Assembly (NCBI GenBank): GCA_001783215.1 | Contig: MFRA01000005.1 | Coordinates: forward strand, 329,423-393,422 | Direction of reading: 5' to 3' | Length of the DNA stretch: 64,000 nucleotides | Origin: Candidatus Magasanikbacteria bacterium RIFOXYD1_FULL_40_23 | GTDB taxonomy: Bacteria > Patescibacteriota > Patescibacteriia > Magasanikbacterales > GWA2-37-8 | In this document: positions 55,901 to 64,000 of the stretch, one piece after another | How the letters are laid out: every line of letters starts with the position of its first letter | Numbering within the stretch: position 1 is the first letter of the stretch | Program-made: the position numbers and the translations under genes | Notes under the pieces: generated by a model | Database searches by the model: none | Told to the model about the DNA's origin: nothing | The model's input: only the letters and a program-made list of their open reading frames with translations

Positions 55901-57013
55901 ATGCAAAAGAATTTTTGGTATGGTAAAAGAGTGCTAGTAACCGGAGGAGAAGGTTTTCTTGCGTCCCATTTAGTTAAACAGCTTATCGATGTGGGTGCAT
56001 GTGTAACCACTACCGTTCGTCATGCTCGTCCGCTTAACACTTTAAATCTTATTCAAAAAGGTCCTAAGAAATCTGCTAGCCCAGATGTAGAGCACTCCGA
56101 TTTGTTGGATTTTTTTGCTTTGCGCCGAATTTGTGACCGTCACCAGATAGATACTATATTTCATCTAGCCGCCTCTGCTATTGTAAGTGATGCTGCCAAT
56201 TCTCCAATGTCTACAATAGAAAATAACGTGGTAGGAACTTTAAATATTTTAGAAGTAGCTCGCATCAACCATATTCCGCGCGTGGTAATTGCTTCGACAG
56301 ACAAATCCTACGGAGATCATGCCAACGATAATTTGGAGAAATTACCTTATAGAGAAAATTATGCTTTGCGCGGACTGGATGTATATAGCGCCTCCAAAGT
56401 TTGTGCAGATGTTTTGAGCCAGACATATTCCTACCAGTTTAAATTACCGGTTGTTGTTTTGCGACCTTGCAATATGTATGGTCCTGCAGATCTAAATTTT
56501 TCTCGTCTTATTCCGCGCACTATTATGTGTTTGTTGTCTGGCAGAGCGCCGCATATCAATGCAGGCAACGCAGATGTATTGCGAGAGTATATGTATATAG
56601 AAGATGTAGTGCAGGGCTATTTGTTGGCAGCCGAAAAGGTGTCAGATATTTATGGAGAAAACAATCAAAATATGCCAAAGCATGGCAAAGAAACCTATGG
56701 CTGGGCTGCGTTTAATTTGGGATCATACACAGAAAAAGATTTACAAAATATTTCCAAATGCGACAAGATCCGCAGCGTTACCACAGTTATTGATATGTTA
56801 AGAAAAAAGATTAAAAATATTGAGCCGGTTGTAAAAGCAAAAGCAGCTAATTTTATAGAAATCCCAGATCAGTATTTAGATGGTGGTAAATTAGGCAAGT
56901 TAGGATTTAAACCCAAAGTTAATTTTGAACAAGGCATAGACAAAACTATTAGCTGGTACAAAGAACACTTTGACGATTTGTCCGGCTTAGCAGAGAGATA
57001 CATAGCCAATTAA
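55901..57013 (+). CDS. NAD-dependent nucleotide-sugar epimerase/dehydratase (4,6-dehydratase-like)
   Basis: VLVTGGEGFLASHL Rossmann motif; YSASK catalytic YxxxK. Confidence 0.6.
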   Translation: MQKNFWYGKRVLVTGGEGFLASHLVKQLIDVGACVTTTVRHARPLNTLNLIQKGPKKSASPDVEHSDLLDFFALRRICDRHQIDTIFHLAASAIVSDAANSPMSTIENNVVGTLNILEVARINHIPRVVIASTDKSYGDHANDNLEKLPYRENYALRGLDVYSASKVCADVLSQTYSYQFKLPVVVLRPCNMYGPADLNFSRLIPRTIMCLLSGRAPHINAGNADVLREYMYIEDVVQGYLLAAEKVSDIYGENNQNMPKHGKETYGWAAFNLGSYTEKDLQNISKCDKIRSVTTVIDMLRKKIKNIEPVVKAKAANFIEIPDQYLDGGKLGKLGFKPKVNFEQGIDKTISWYKEHFDDLSGLAERYIAN

Positions 57014-57066
57014 ATTACGCGCCGCGTTTCAAATGACGTTACGCGGCATGATTTCGCTAAATCAAT

Positions 57067-58236
57067 ATGTCTACCAGAAAAATAACCGTAGCTCAGATCC
57101 GTGGAGATGGGTTAAGTGATCGCGAAACCAAAACCTGGGAATATTTTTCTGACGATATTGTGCAGACAGTTTTTGCATCTCGAAAAAACGTTTATTCTCA
57201 ATCCGCTTTGCCTTTTCCAATCATAACATTGCCAGCTAGTAGTGATAATTTTTTATTCAAAAATTACTATAAATATTTTTTTGGTCAATACAAAAGAATG
57301 TTTGGTTTAGAAAAACATTTAGCCGGGTTTGACGTGGCGCATGCGGGTGAGCTTTATAATTATTATACGTACCAAGCTGTCTCGGCAAAAAAGATAAATA
57401 AGAATTTAAAAGTAGTAGCTACAGTTTGGGAAAATAGTTTTGGCAGATTTGAATATAATTACTGGCCGGGATTTAAAATCCCACCAGCTTATTGGCGTCG
57501 TCAGCTCAAAGCGGTTATGGATCGCAACAAAGATGGAGTAGATAAGTTTTTACCAGTCTCTCAAGATGCGGCTGGTTTGTTGTCAGATTACGGCGTTGCA
57601 GATAGTCAAATTCAAGTAGTTGTTCCTGGCATCATCCCAACTCCTGAAGGCAAAATAGTTGTACCTACGCAATTCGCTGGTAAGCAAATTTACTTAATGG
57701 TTAATCGTCTGGTAAAGGAAAAAGGGGTCTATGATGTTTTGTATGGCTGGAGAATATATCTTTCCAAAGCATCAGACGCCAGTCGCAAATTACTTGTTAT
57801 CGTAGGAGAAGGTCCGGAGCTAGGTAATATGCGCCGACTCGTTAAAGAGTGGCAAATGGAGAATAAAATTGCTTTTGTTAATCAGATGCCGTATAGCGAA
57901 GTTTTGGGTCTTTATAAGGGTGCGCAGTGCTTAATTTTGGGCAGTATTCCACGACCAACCTGGCAAGAACAGTTTGGCTATGTGCTCGCCGAAGCTATCT
58001 GTGCCGGTGTGCCTATTGTAGCCACCTATAGTGGTGCAATCCCAGAAGTGGTGGGTGAGGCTGGTTTGCTTGTGCCGCCCGCTCATCCTATTGCGCTGGC
58101 AAATGCCTTGCTTTCAACAGATGACGCCTCTGTTTATAATCGTCTAAAAACAGGTTGTCAAAAAGAAGCAAAGAAGTTTGCGGCTGAAAGCTACGCTCGT
58201 CAAGTCAGTGATATTTACAGATCTTTAGTTGGTTAA
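57067..58236 (+). CDS. family-4 (GT-B) glycosyltransferase
   Basis: C-terminal EQFGYVLAEAICAGVPIVATYSGAIPEVV EX7E region. Confidence 0.55.
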   Translation: MSTRKITVAQIRGDGLSDRETKTWEYFSDDIVQTVFASRKNVYSQSALPFPIITLPASSDNFLFKNYYKYFFGQYKRMFGLEKHLAGFDVAHAGELYNYYTYQAVSAKKINKNLKVVATVWENSFGRFEYNYWPGFKIPPAYWRRQLKAVMDRNKDGVDKFLPVSQDAAGLLSDYGVADSQIQVVVPGIIPTPEGKIVVPTQFAGKQIYLMVNRLVKEKGVYDVLYGWRIYLSKASDASRKLLVIVGEGPELGNMRRLVKEWQMENKIAFVNQMPYSEVLGLYKGAQCLILGSIPRPTWQEQFGYVLAEAICAGVPIVATYSGAIPEVVGEAGLLVPPAHPIALANALLSTDDASVYNRLKTGCQKEAKKFAAESYARQVSDIYRSLVG

Positions 58237-58256
58237 AATAGTAATTAGACTGAAGT

Positions 58257-58955
58257 GTGGTTATGCTAAGGGTTTCAATTGTTATTCCTACTTATAACGA
58301 AGCAAAAAACCTTCCGCTTTTGGCCGAAGAAATTTTTGGCGTAGTTGATCGAAATCAATTTGATGTGGAGTTAATTATTGTAGATGATAATTCTCCAGAC
58401 GGAACTGGAGCGGTGGCAGATGATTTAGCCAAAAAATATCCAATACAAGTTATTCATCGCGCAGGCAAGCTAGGTTTGGGTAGTGCAGTTCGTGAAGGGT
58501 TTGCCAAATCCAATCGTGAAGTATTGGGGGTAATGGATGCCGATCTAAGCCACGATCCGCAGCATCTTAATCAAATGCTTTCACTTTTAAGTGAGTATGA
58601 TTTGGTGGTAGGCAGTAGATTTGAGCAGGGAAGTACTGTAGAGCAATGGAAATGGTGGCGACGTATTATTTCGCAAGTAGGCGTGTTTGTTACGTATATG
58701 CTTACAGGCGTAAAAGATCCGCTTAGCGGCTTTTTCTTCTTCCGCCGTTTTATTTTAGCCAATGTCGAACTTAGCACCACTGGTTATAAAATATTATTAG
58801 AAATTTTAGTTAAAGGTAATCACAAAAAAGTAAAAGAAATCCCGTTTCGTTTTCGTATCAGGAAATTTAGCACCTCTAAACTGGACAAGAAAGAATATTG
58901 GTTATTTTTAAAACAAATTATTTCCTATAGCTTGTATAAAATTTTTAAGAAATAG
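58257..58955 (+). CDS. polyprenyl-phosphate sugar synthase-type GT2 (DPM1/ArnC-like)
   Basis: VSIVIPTYNEAKNLPLL ... IIVDDNSPDGT ... GVMDADLSHDP. Confidence 0.75.
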   Translation: MVMLRVSIVIPTYNEAKNLPLLAEEIFGVVDRNQFDVELIIVDDNSPDGTGAVADDLAKKYPIQVIHRAGKLGLGSAVREGFAKSNREVLGVMDADLSHDPQHLNQMLSLLSEYDLVVGSRFEQGSTVEQWKWWRRIISQVGVFVTYMLTGVKDPLSGFFFFRRFILANVELSTTGYKILLEILVKGNHKKVKEIPFRFRIRKFSTSKLDKKEYWLFLKQIISYSLYKIFKK

Positions 58956-58959
58956 AGTT

Positions 58960-60504
58960 ATGTGGTTGAGAATTAAAAATTGGTGCAGTCTAAATAAGTT
59001 TTTGGTTGCCCTATTAATTTTATCTGCGTTTCTGCTTTTTTATCGTATTTCTTATAGAACTTTTTGGGGAGACGAAATGGCAGTTCTAGATTACCTCAAA
59101 GAAAGTCCGCGAGAATTTTTAGTTAATTATTGGAATAAACCGGATAATCATCCGCCTCTGTATTATTTTTTGGTTGTTTTGGTTAGTAAGATCTTGCCAT
59201 GGAATGAATTTATGGTGCGTTTTGTGTCTGCAGTATCTGGGTTAGCTACTGTGTATTTGGTATATATATTTTCGTTTCGTGTTAGTGGTCAAAAAAAGTT
59301 GGCACTGCTCGCAGGGCTATTTACCGCCGTTTCATCTTATTTTGTCCTTATTTCACAGATGGCTAGGTATCATAGTTTGGCGGCGTTGTTTTCGCTTCTA
59401 ACCTTTTATTTTTTCTACCAGCTTTTCGTAGAGGGGTATTCTAAGCGGGCGTGGTATTTGTTTTTAGTTTCGTTAGTAGCTACTGGTTATACAGACTACC
59501 CGCATTGTTTTTATGTGGTTGTGATTGTAAATACCTTTTATTTATACAGCCTAATAAAGCGTAAAGCCAGCGTGTCGTTCTTGAAATGGGTGGGGGGACA
59601 ATTGGCGGCAGTTGTTTTGCTTAGCCCTTTGGCGTGGATGATTTATAACAGAATTGCGGTGCAAGGCGATGGTGGTTGGGATAAAATAAACTTGCTAGCG
59701 AATTCTTGGGTGCATATTGTAATGGCTATATTTTTCCATATTTACAGTTTTTTATTTGGAGAAAATGTTTTTCCTTGGAATTATTTTTTCTTTTTATCTG
59801 GGGTGGCTGTGTTGTTGGGGGTGTTGTTTGGGTTTATATATGGACTCCGCAAAAAGTCGTGGACCTCTAGCCAGTTGTTTGTGGTAGCTTTAAGTGTATT
59901 TACAGTGGTCTTAAATACATTCTTCATGAACATGGCTAACCCTCGTTATAATTTTATAGTGTATCCAAAGTTTGGTTTTGTGGCTTTTCCTTTGTGGGTT
60001 ATGGTATTTGTCTTATGTTTAAGCAAACTGCCAGATAAAATTAGGATAGCTTTATTTTCTTTATGGGCAGTGGTGGCTATTTTTGGCTTATATAATTTTT
60101 ATCAGGCAACAAATTATTTAAACCCTAGTTATTTTCGCACCTTTGAATCTTTTGAATATATTCGTGATCATGCCAAAGAGGGTGAGTATTTTGCAATTTC
60201 TCCACATGCTGGACCTGGTTTTTTTGAGTTTTATAAAGGCAAATATTTTAATAGCTTAAAAACAGCTGATTGGAAGCAGATTCCGATTCTAGAAAAACAG
60301 GCAAGGCTTTGGTATTTCTCGGCTGGTTCAGAAGGTGCCGAAACTACCTTTGATCCATCTATGGTAGTTCCGGAAGGTTACAAAATTCTAGAACAGTTTG
60401 ATAGCGTGCCGCTTGATCCAACATTTAAAAAAGTAAAAGAAAAAGTATTGGGTCGTCCTGGCTATACTTATAAATATAGTCTATTTTTATTAGAAAAAAT
60501 TTAA
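58960..60504 (+). CDS. GT-C-fold membrane glycosyltransferase (ArnT/PMT, GT39/83-like)
   Basis: 514 aa with about 12 TM helices and a first-loop acidic motif FWGDEMAV; directly downstream of an ArnC-like gene. Confidence 0.55.
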   Translation: MWLRIKNWCSLNKFLVALLILSAFLLFYRISYRTFWGDEMAVLDYLKESPREFLVNYWNKPDNHPPLYYFLVVLVSKILPWNEFMVRFVSAVSGLATVYLVYIFSFRVSGQKKLALLAGLFTAVSSYFVLISQMARYHSLAALFSLLTFYFFYQLFVEGYSKRAWYLFLVSLVATGYTDYPHCFYVVVIVNTFYLYSLIKRKASVSFLKWVGGQLAAVVLLSPLAWMIYNRIAVQGDGGWDKINLLANSWVHIVMAIFFHIYSFLFGENVFPWNYFFFLSGVAVLLGVLFGFIYGLRKKSWTSSQLFVVALSVFTVVLNTFFMNMANPRYNFIVYPKFGFVAFPLWVMVFVLCLSKLPDKIRIALFSLWAVVAIFGLYNFYQATNYLNPSYFRTFESFEYIRDHAKEGEYFAISPHAGPGFFEFYKGKYFNSLKTADWKQIPILEKQARLWYFSAGSEGAETTFDPSMVVPEGYKILEQFDSVPLDPTFKKVKEKVLGRPGYTYKYSLFLLEKI

Positions 60505-60522
60505 TCTTTGTTGTTTTGTTCT

Positions 60523-61380
60523 ATGTTGTGTATTAATTGTGGTACAAAAATGGATGCATATTTTGTAAAAAAGAGTTTCAGTATTGTGCGTTGTTTTACC
60601 TGTAAACTTATGGCCGTAGAAAATGTACCCGCTGACCTAAGCCCATATTATAGGGAAGGGTACTTTACCGGTGATGTGACCTTAGACGGTTATATGGATT
60701 ATGATTCAGACAAAGAAGTTAGTAAGAAAACCTATGTGGATTTTCTTGGAGTAATGAAAAAATTTGTTAAAAACCAACATAGTCCTAGTATGTTAGAAGT
60801 TGGTTGTGCTACTGGATTTTTTATGAATTTGGGCAAGCAGCAGGGGTGGCAAGTAGAGGGGATAGATATATCGGAATATGCAGTCCAAAAAACCAAAGAA
60901 AAGGGAATGGTAGCGTCGGTTGGTACATTAGAAACATATGTAACAGATAAAAAATTTGACGCCATCGTAGCCCAAGATGTAATTGAGCATGTAAAAGACC
61001 CTATTAACGATATTAAAAAATCCGCTGATTTACTCGCAGACAATGGCTTGTTGGTGCTCACCACTCCAGACGCCGGTAGTCTGTGGGCCAGGGTATGGGG
61101 TAAGCGTTGGCATGCTTTTGTGCCGCCTCAGCACTTATTTTATTTTTCAGTCAAAAACCTCTCTTCTGTTTTAGAGAAAAATGGCTTCAAGGTAGAGTAT
61201 TGCGCCCATCACGGTAAGTGGTTTGCAGTTCCATATATTATCAGGCTCTTGTATAGCTGGACTGGTCTTGGAATTTTTTCCAAACTAGCGAGCTGGTCTA
61301 GCAATTCTTTTTTAAAAAAAATATCCCTGCCTATAAATGTCAGAGATACTATTTTTTTGATTGCTCGAAAGATTAACTAA
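60523..61380 (+). CDS. class I SAM-dependent methyltransferase with N-terminal Zn-ribbon
   Basis: CINCGTKM...CFTCKL four-Cys ribbon, then LEVGCATGFF motif I and DVIEHVKDP. Confidence 0.6.
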   Translation: MLCINCGTKMDAYFVKKSFSIVRCFTCKLMAVENVPADLSPYYREGYFTGDVTLDGYMDYDSDKEVSKKTYVDFLGVMKKFVKNQHSPSMLEVGCATGFFMNLGKQQGWQVEGIDISEYAVQKTKEKGMVASVGTLETYVTDKKFDAIVAQDVIEHVKDPINDIKKSADLLADNGLLVLTTPDAGSLWARVWGKRWHAFVPPQHLFYFSVKNLSSVLEKNGFKVEYCAHHGKWFAVPYIIRLLYSWTGLGIFSKLASWSSNSFLKKISLPINVRDTIFLIARKIN

Positions 61381-61381
61381 T

Positions 61382-62509
61382 TTATTCCGCTAGAGTTTTT
61401 TCTATAGACTTCCAAAGATCTGCCGCTGATTTATCCCAAGAGAATTTTTGACATTGGATTTTTCCTTTTTCAATCAGCATATGGCGCAGGCTTTCGTCGG
61501 CAGTTATCCTTACCATAGCATCTCTGACTTCTTGGATTTGAAACGGATTAACAAATACGGCTGCGCCGCCCGCTATTTCTGGCATAGAAGTAAGACTAGA
61601 AGAGATAATAGGTACGTGTGCCCGCATGGCCTCTACTAGAGGTACGCCAAAACCTTCAAAATATGGGATGTAGGTTAAGCAGAAAGCTGAACCCAAAAGT
61701 AGTCTCATTTCATTGTCGTCTACTCGGCCAGTAAAAATAATATCGTTTTTAAATTCTAGTTTGTTCAAAGTTTCGTTGAGTTTGTCTTGTCCCCAAAAGT
61801 TTGCGCCAGCTATGATTAGTTTAAGGTTATTCTTATTTTCTTTTTTAAATAAATCAAAGGCTTCCATTAGCCGCCCTATATTTTTGCGAGGCGATACAGA
61901 TCCGATAAAAACGAAATAGTCTTCTCCTTTAGAATATTTTTGGCGCGTTTCTCTTTTTTCCTCTGCTGTTATTGGTGCGAAGATTTCATCCGCCGCATTG
62001 TATACAACGTCTATTTTATCTGAGCTTGTGCGGTATTCCTGCATTAGATCTTTTTTTGTGTATTCTGAAACAGTAACAATTCTATTGGCTGCGAAAGCGT
62101 ATTTAGGGAAGTAGTAATTAAAAAATTTACCGGTCCAGAACTTAAGATCTTCGGGGTAGTGTTTAAAGTTGATGTCGTGGATAACTGCCAACTGCTTACA
62201 CTGGGCACCCAAAGGTAGAAGTCCGTCCGGAGACAAAAACAGGTCTGGTTTAATTTTTTTTAGGGCTAGTTTTACTGATATTTGAAACCATAAGTAATAT
62301 AAAAAAGGATGCCTGGTTGGGGGTGGAATAACCATCGGGGTTACGTTTTTGGAAAAAATAAATTCATCGCTAAATTTTCTGTCGAATAAAAATACAAACT
62401 CAACTTCGGGATGAGCCTTGGTGATCCTGCTTAATGTGTGATAGGCAAATCGACCGATACCGTCTAGGCGGTCTTTTAGGAGCATGCGTGTATTTACTGC
62501 AATTTTCAT
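61382..62509 (-). CDS. family-4 (GT-B) glycosyltransferase
   Basis: EGFGVPLVEAMRAHVPIISSSLTSMPEIAG EX7E motif; N-terminal MKIAVNTRML. Confidence 0.7.
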   Translation of the reverse strand: MKIAVNTRMLLKDRLDGIGRFAYHTLSRITKAHPEVEFVFLFDRKFSDEFIFSKNVTPMVIPPPTRHPFLYYLWFQISVKLALKKIKPDLFLSPDGLLPLGAQCKQLAVIHDINFKHYPEDLKFWTGKFFNYYFPKYAFAANRIVTVSEYTKKDLMQEYRTSSDKIDVVYNAADEIFAPITAEEKRETRQKYSKGEDYFVFIGSVSPRKNIGRLMEAFDLFKKENKNNLKLIIAGANFWGQDKLNETLNKLEFKNDIIFTGRVDDNEMRLLLGSAFCLTYIPYFEGFGVPLVEAMRAHVPIISSSLTSMPEIAGGAAVFVNPFQIQEVRDAMVRITADESLRHMLIEKGKIQCQKFSWDKSAADLWKSIEKTLAE

Positions 62510-62636
62510 ATTCGAAATGAGTGAGTGAAATAGCTAGTGAGATATTTATAATCGCTTGCGAGTTATAAATATTGAATCTGGATATTTTTGAGCGAATGAG
62601 TATATATGCGGCGCAGCCCATATAATAAAATGGGCG
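62510..62636 (-). promoter_or_regulatory. conserved hairpin+leader cassette (family B), copy F on the minus strand
   Basis: the reverse complement reads GGGCTGCGCCGC + ATATATACTCATTCGCTC ... TTTCACTCACTCATTTCGAATATG, about 85% identical to copy B. Confidence 0.65.
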
Positions 62637-62797
62637 TATAAACTAGGTTTTAGTATAGCATATAAGTCAAATTTACCTCAATTAGCCAGCTTGCCAAGGG
62701 GGCGTATTTTATTATATACTATCGTATATTAGTAACTTGCTCGGAAAAGTTTGCAAGCGACCTTTTCTCTCGTTTCATTACTAATATAATCAACCAT

Positions 62798-63349
62798 ATG
62801 GAATCAACTAAATTAAACATTGGCTGCGGAAATCATATTTTGCCTGGATGGGTCAATTTAGACATATCCGCCTTACCGGGCGTAGATGTCGTGCACAATA
62901 TAGAAAGTTCCCCCTTTCCTTTTCCAGACGGCAAATTTGAAGAAGTCCTCTGCCAAGATGTATTGGAACACGTTGACTATATACCTGTTTTACGGGAAAT
63001 TTTGCGTATCATGAAAAAAGATGGGTCTTTAACTATTCGCGTTCCTCATTTTACATCCAAGCATAATTTTATGGATCCAACCCATAAAAAAATGTTTTCT
63101 ATCAACACCTTTGATTTTTTTGTAAAAGGTTCGTCCGAACAAGATAGCAGGGGTTATTATTTTGATTTTAGCTTTTCCTCTTGCCGCGAAGCCAAAATAG
63201 TTTTTGAACGCGACTCAATAGTGTTTTTGTTAAACCCCCTAATTGAAAGTTTGGTAAACTCCAGTCCCAGAATGCAAAGAATATACGAATCCACCTTTCT
63301 TTCCAGACTTTTTCCGGCTGGTAATATTCTTGTAACTCTTATTAAATAG
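62798..63349 (+). CDS. class I SAM-dependent methyltransferase
   Basis: LNIGCGNHILPGWVNLD ... VLCQDVLEHVD ... MKKDGSL. Confidence 0.6.
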   Translation: MESTKLNIGCGNHILPGWVNLDISALPGVDVVHNIESSPFPFPDGKFEEVLCQDVLEHVDYIPVLREILRIMKKDGSLTIRVPHFTSKHNFMDPTHKKMFSINTFDFFVKGSSEQDSRGYYFDFSFSSCREAKIVFERDSIVFLLNPLIESLVNSSPRMQRIYESTFLSRLFPAGNILVTLIK

Positions 63350-63359
63350 TTCCAAAATT

Positions 63360-64000
63360 ATGGTTTCATTAATTGCAACTGTTTTAAATGAGGGTAACAA
63401 TATATCCGATTGGTTGAATGGAATCCTGTCTCAGACTGTTTTGCCAGATGAAATAATTATTGTAGACGGAGGATCAAAAGACGGTACATGGGAAATTTTA
63501 ACAAAAAAAAGCCAAGAAAATAATCGTATTAAAATTTTTCAACACGCAGGCAATATATCCTCTGGCAGAAATTTCGCTATAAGTAAAGCCGGTGGAGAAA
63601 ATATAGTAGTAACTGATGCTGGCTGCACATACGATAAAAATTGGTTTAAAAAAATTTCAGATCCGATTATTTCCGGTGCGCAAGTTTTTGTAGCCACAGG
63701 TTTTGGTCCTTGGTTCAAGCCAAGCGACAATTTATTAGCGTATTTAGTAGCCGCCGCCACCACTCCTGCTCCGGCTGAATTTAGCAGAAATTGGCTTCCC
63801 TCAAGCCGCTCAGTTGCTTTCAAGAAAGATGTTTGGGCAAAAGCTGGCGGTTATCCGGAATGGATTCCTCTCTGTGAAGATGTAGTCTTTGATTTCAAGA
63901 TTTTTAAAACAGGAATAAAGCCGAATTATATCCGTGAGGCGTTGGTTTTTTGGCGTCCGCGCACGACACTTTCTTCATTCTTCAAGCAATTGTTTGGTTA
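63360..64000 (+). CDS. family-2 glycosyltransferase (3'-truncated by the window end)
   Basis: MVSLIATVLNEGNNISDWLNGILSQTVLPDEIIIVDGGSKDGT; the ORF runs off the window end. Confidence 0.55.
   Translation, partial: MVSLIATVLNEGNNISDWLNGILSQTVLPDEIIIVDGGSKDGTWEILTKKSQENNRIKIFQHAGNISSGRNFAISKAGGENIVVTDAGCTYDKNWFKKISDPIISGAQVFVATGFGPWFKPSDNLLAYLVAAATTPAPAEFSRNWLPSSRSVAFKKDVWAKAGGYPEWIPLCEDVVFDFKIFKTGIKPNYIREALVFWRPRTTLSSFFKQLFG

Noticed and set aside
1-64000. CRISPR arrays
   Set aside because: No regularly spaced 25-40-nt direct repeats were seen. The only repeat families are the palindromic family A, the leader family B, the tRNA-fragment junctions and the island hairpin pair.

Overview
This is a low-GC window (about 35-38% GC) that uses all three stop codons, with tightly packed genes that mostly lack Shine-Dalgarno sequences. 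The gene content reads like a reduced-genome bacterium such as a CPR/Patescibacteria-type organism; that is an inference, since no rRNA gene is present in the window. The layout is as follows.

- **0-5.4 kb:** a minimal T4SS-like module on the + strand, with a PrgI-like membrane protein and a VirB4-type ATPase, followed by a Thr-rich anchored protein and ComFC.
- **5.4-10.4 kb:** a minus-strand suf Fe-S assembly operon (sufC-sufB-sufD-sufS-sufU-DUF59). Five copies of a roughly 70-bp palindromic REP/MITE-like element sit in these first 10 kb.
- **10.5-14.2 kb:** small stress and housekeeping genes: a cupredoxin, a stand-alone MGMT-like domain, methyltransferases, a PhnA-like protein, a YdeI-like protein, and a DUF2975/XRE-HTH pair.
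- **14.2-16.3 kb:** a tandem array anchored on two minus-strand tRNA-Ser-type genes. Each tRNA is followed by a YhbQ-like GIY-YIG gene and a displaced fragment resembling that tRNA's 3' end. A LigT-like 2H phosphoesterase cassette is bounded by the same fragments.
- **16.4-19.3 kb:** a matrixin-like metalloprotease, an ABC-F ATPase and a small membrane protein.
- **19.3-19.97 kb:** a roughly 650-bp non-coding region rich in hairpins and long-range inverted repeats.
- **20-64 kb:** a large, almost uniformly +-strand surface-glycan or glycosylation locus. It encodes:
  - an O-antigen-ligase/PglL-like protein with TPR repeats;
  - the GDP-fucose route (gmd, fcl);
  - a complete GDP-D-glycero-D-manno-heptose route (SIS isomerase, GHMP kinase, GmhB phosphatase, nucleotidyltransferase) with a transaldolase;
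  - a Wzx flippase and many GT2 and GT4 glycosyltransferases;
  - two polyprenyl-phosphate-sugar synthase plus GT-C membrane-transferase pairs;
  - a carbamoyltransferase, an SGNH-family protein and at least six SAM methyltransferases.

Six genes in this locus are preceded by the same roughly 70-125-nt hairpin-plus-leader cassette that ends exactly at the ATG. A roughly 4.7-kb higher-GC island (about 50-58% GC, with Shine-Dalgarno-containing genes and its own hairpin-pair repeats) sits inside the glycan locus at about 23.75-28.45 kb.

All protein calls come from motif recognition by eye; no database search was run.
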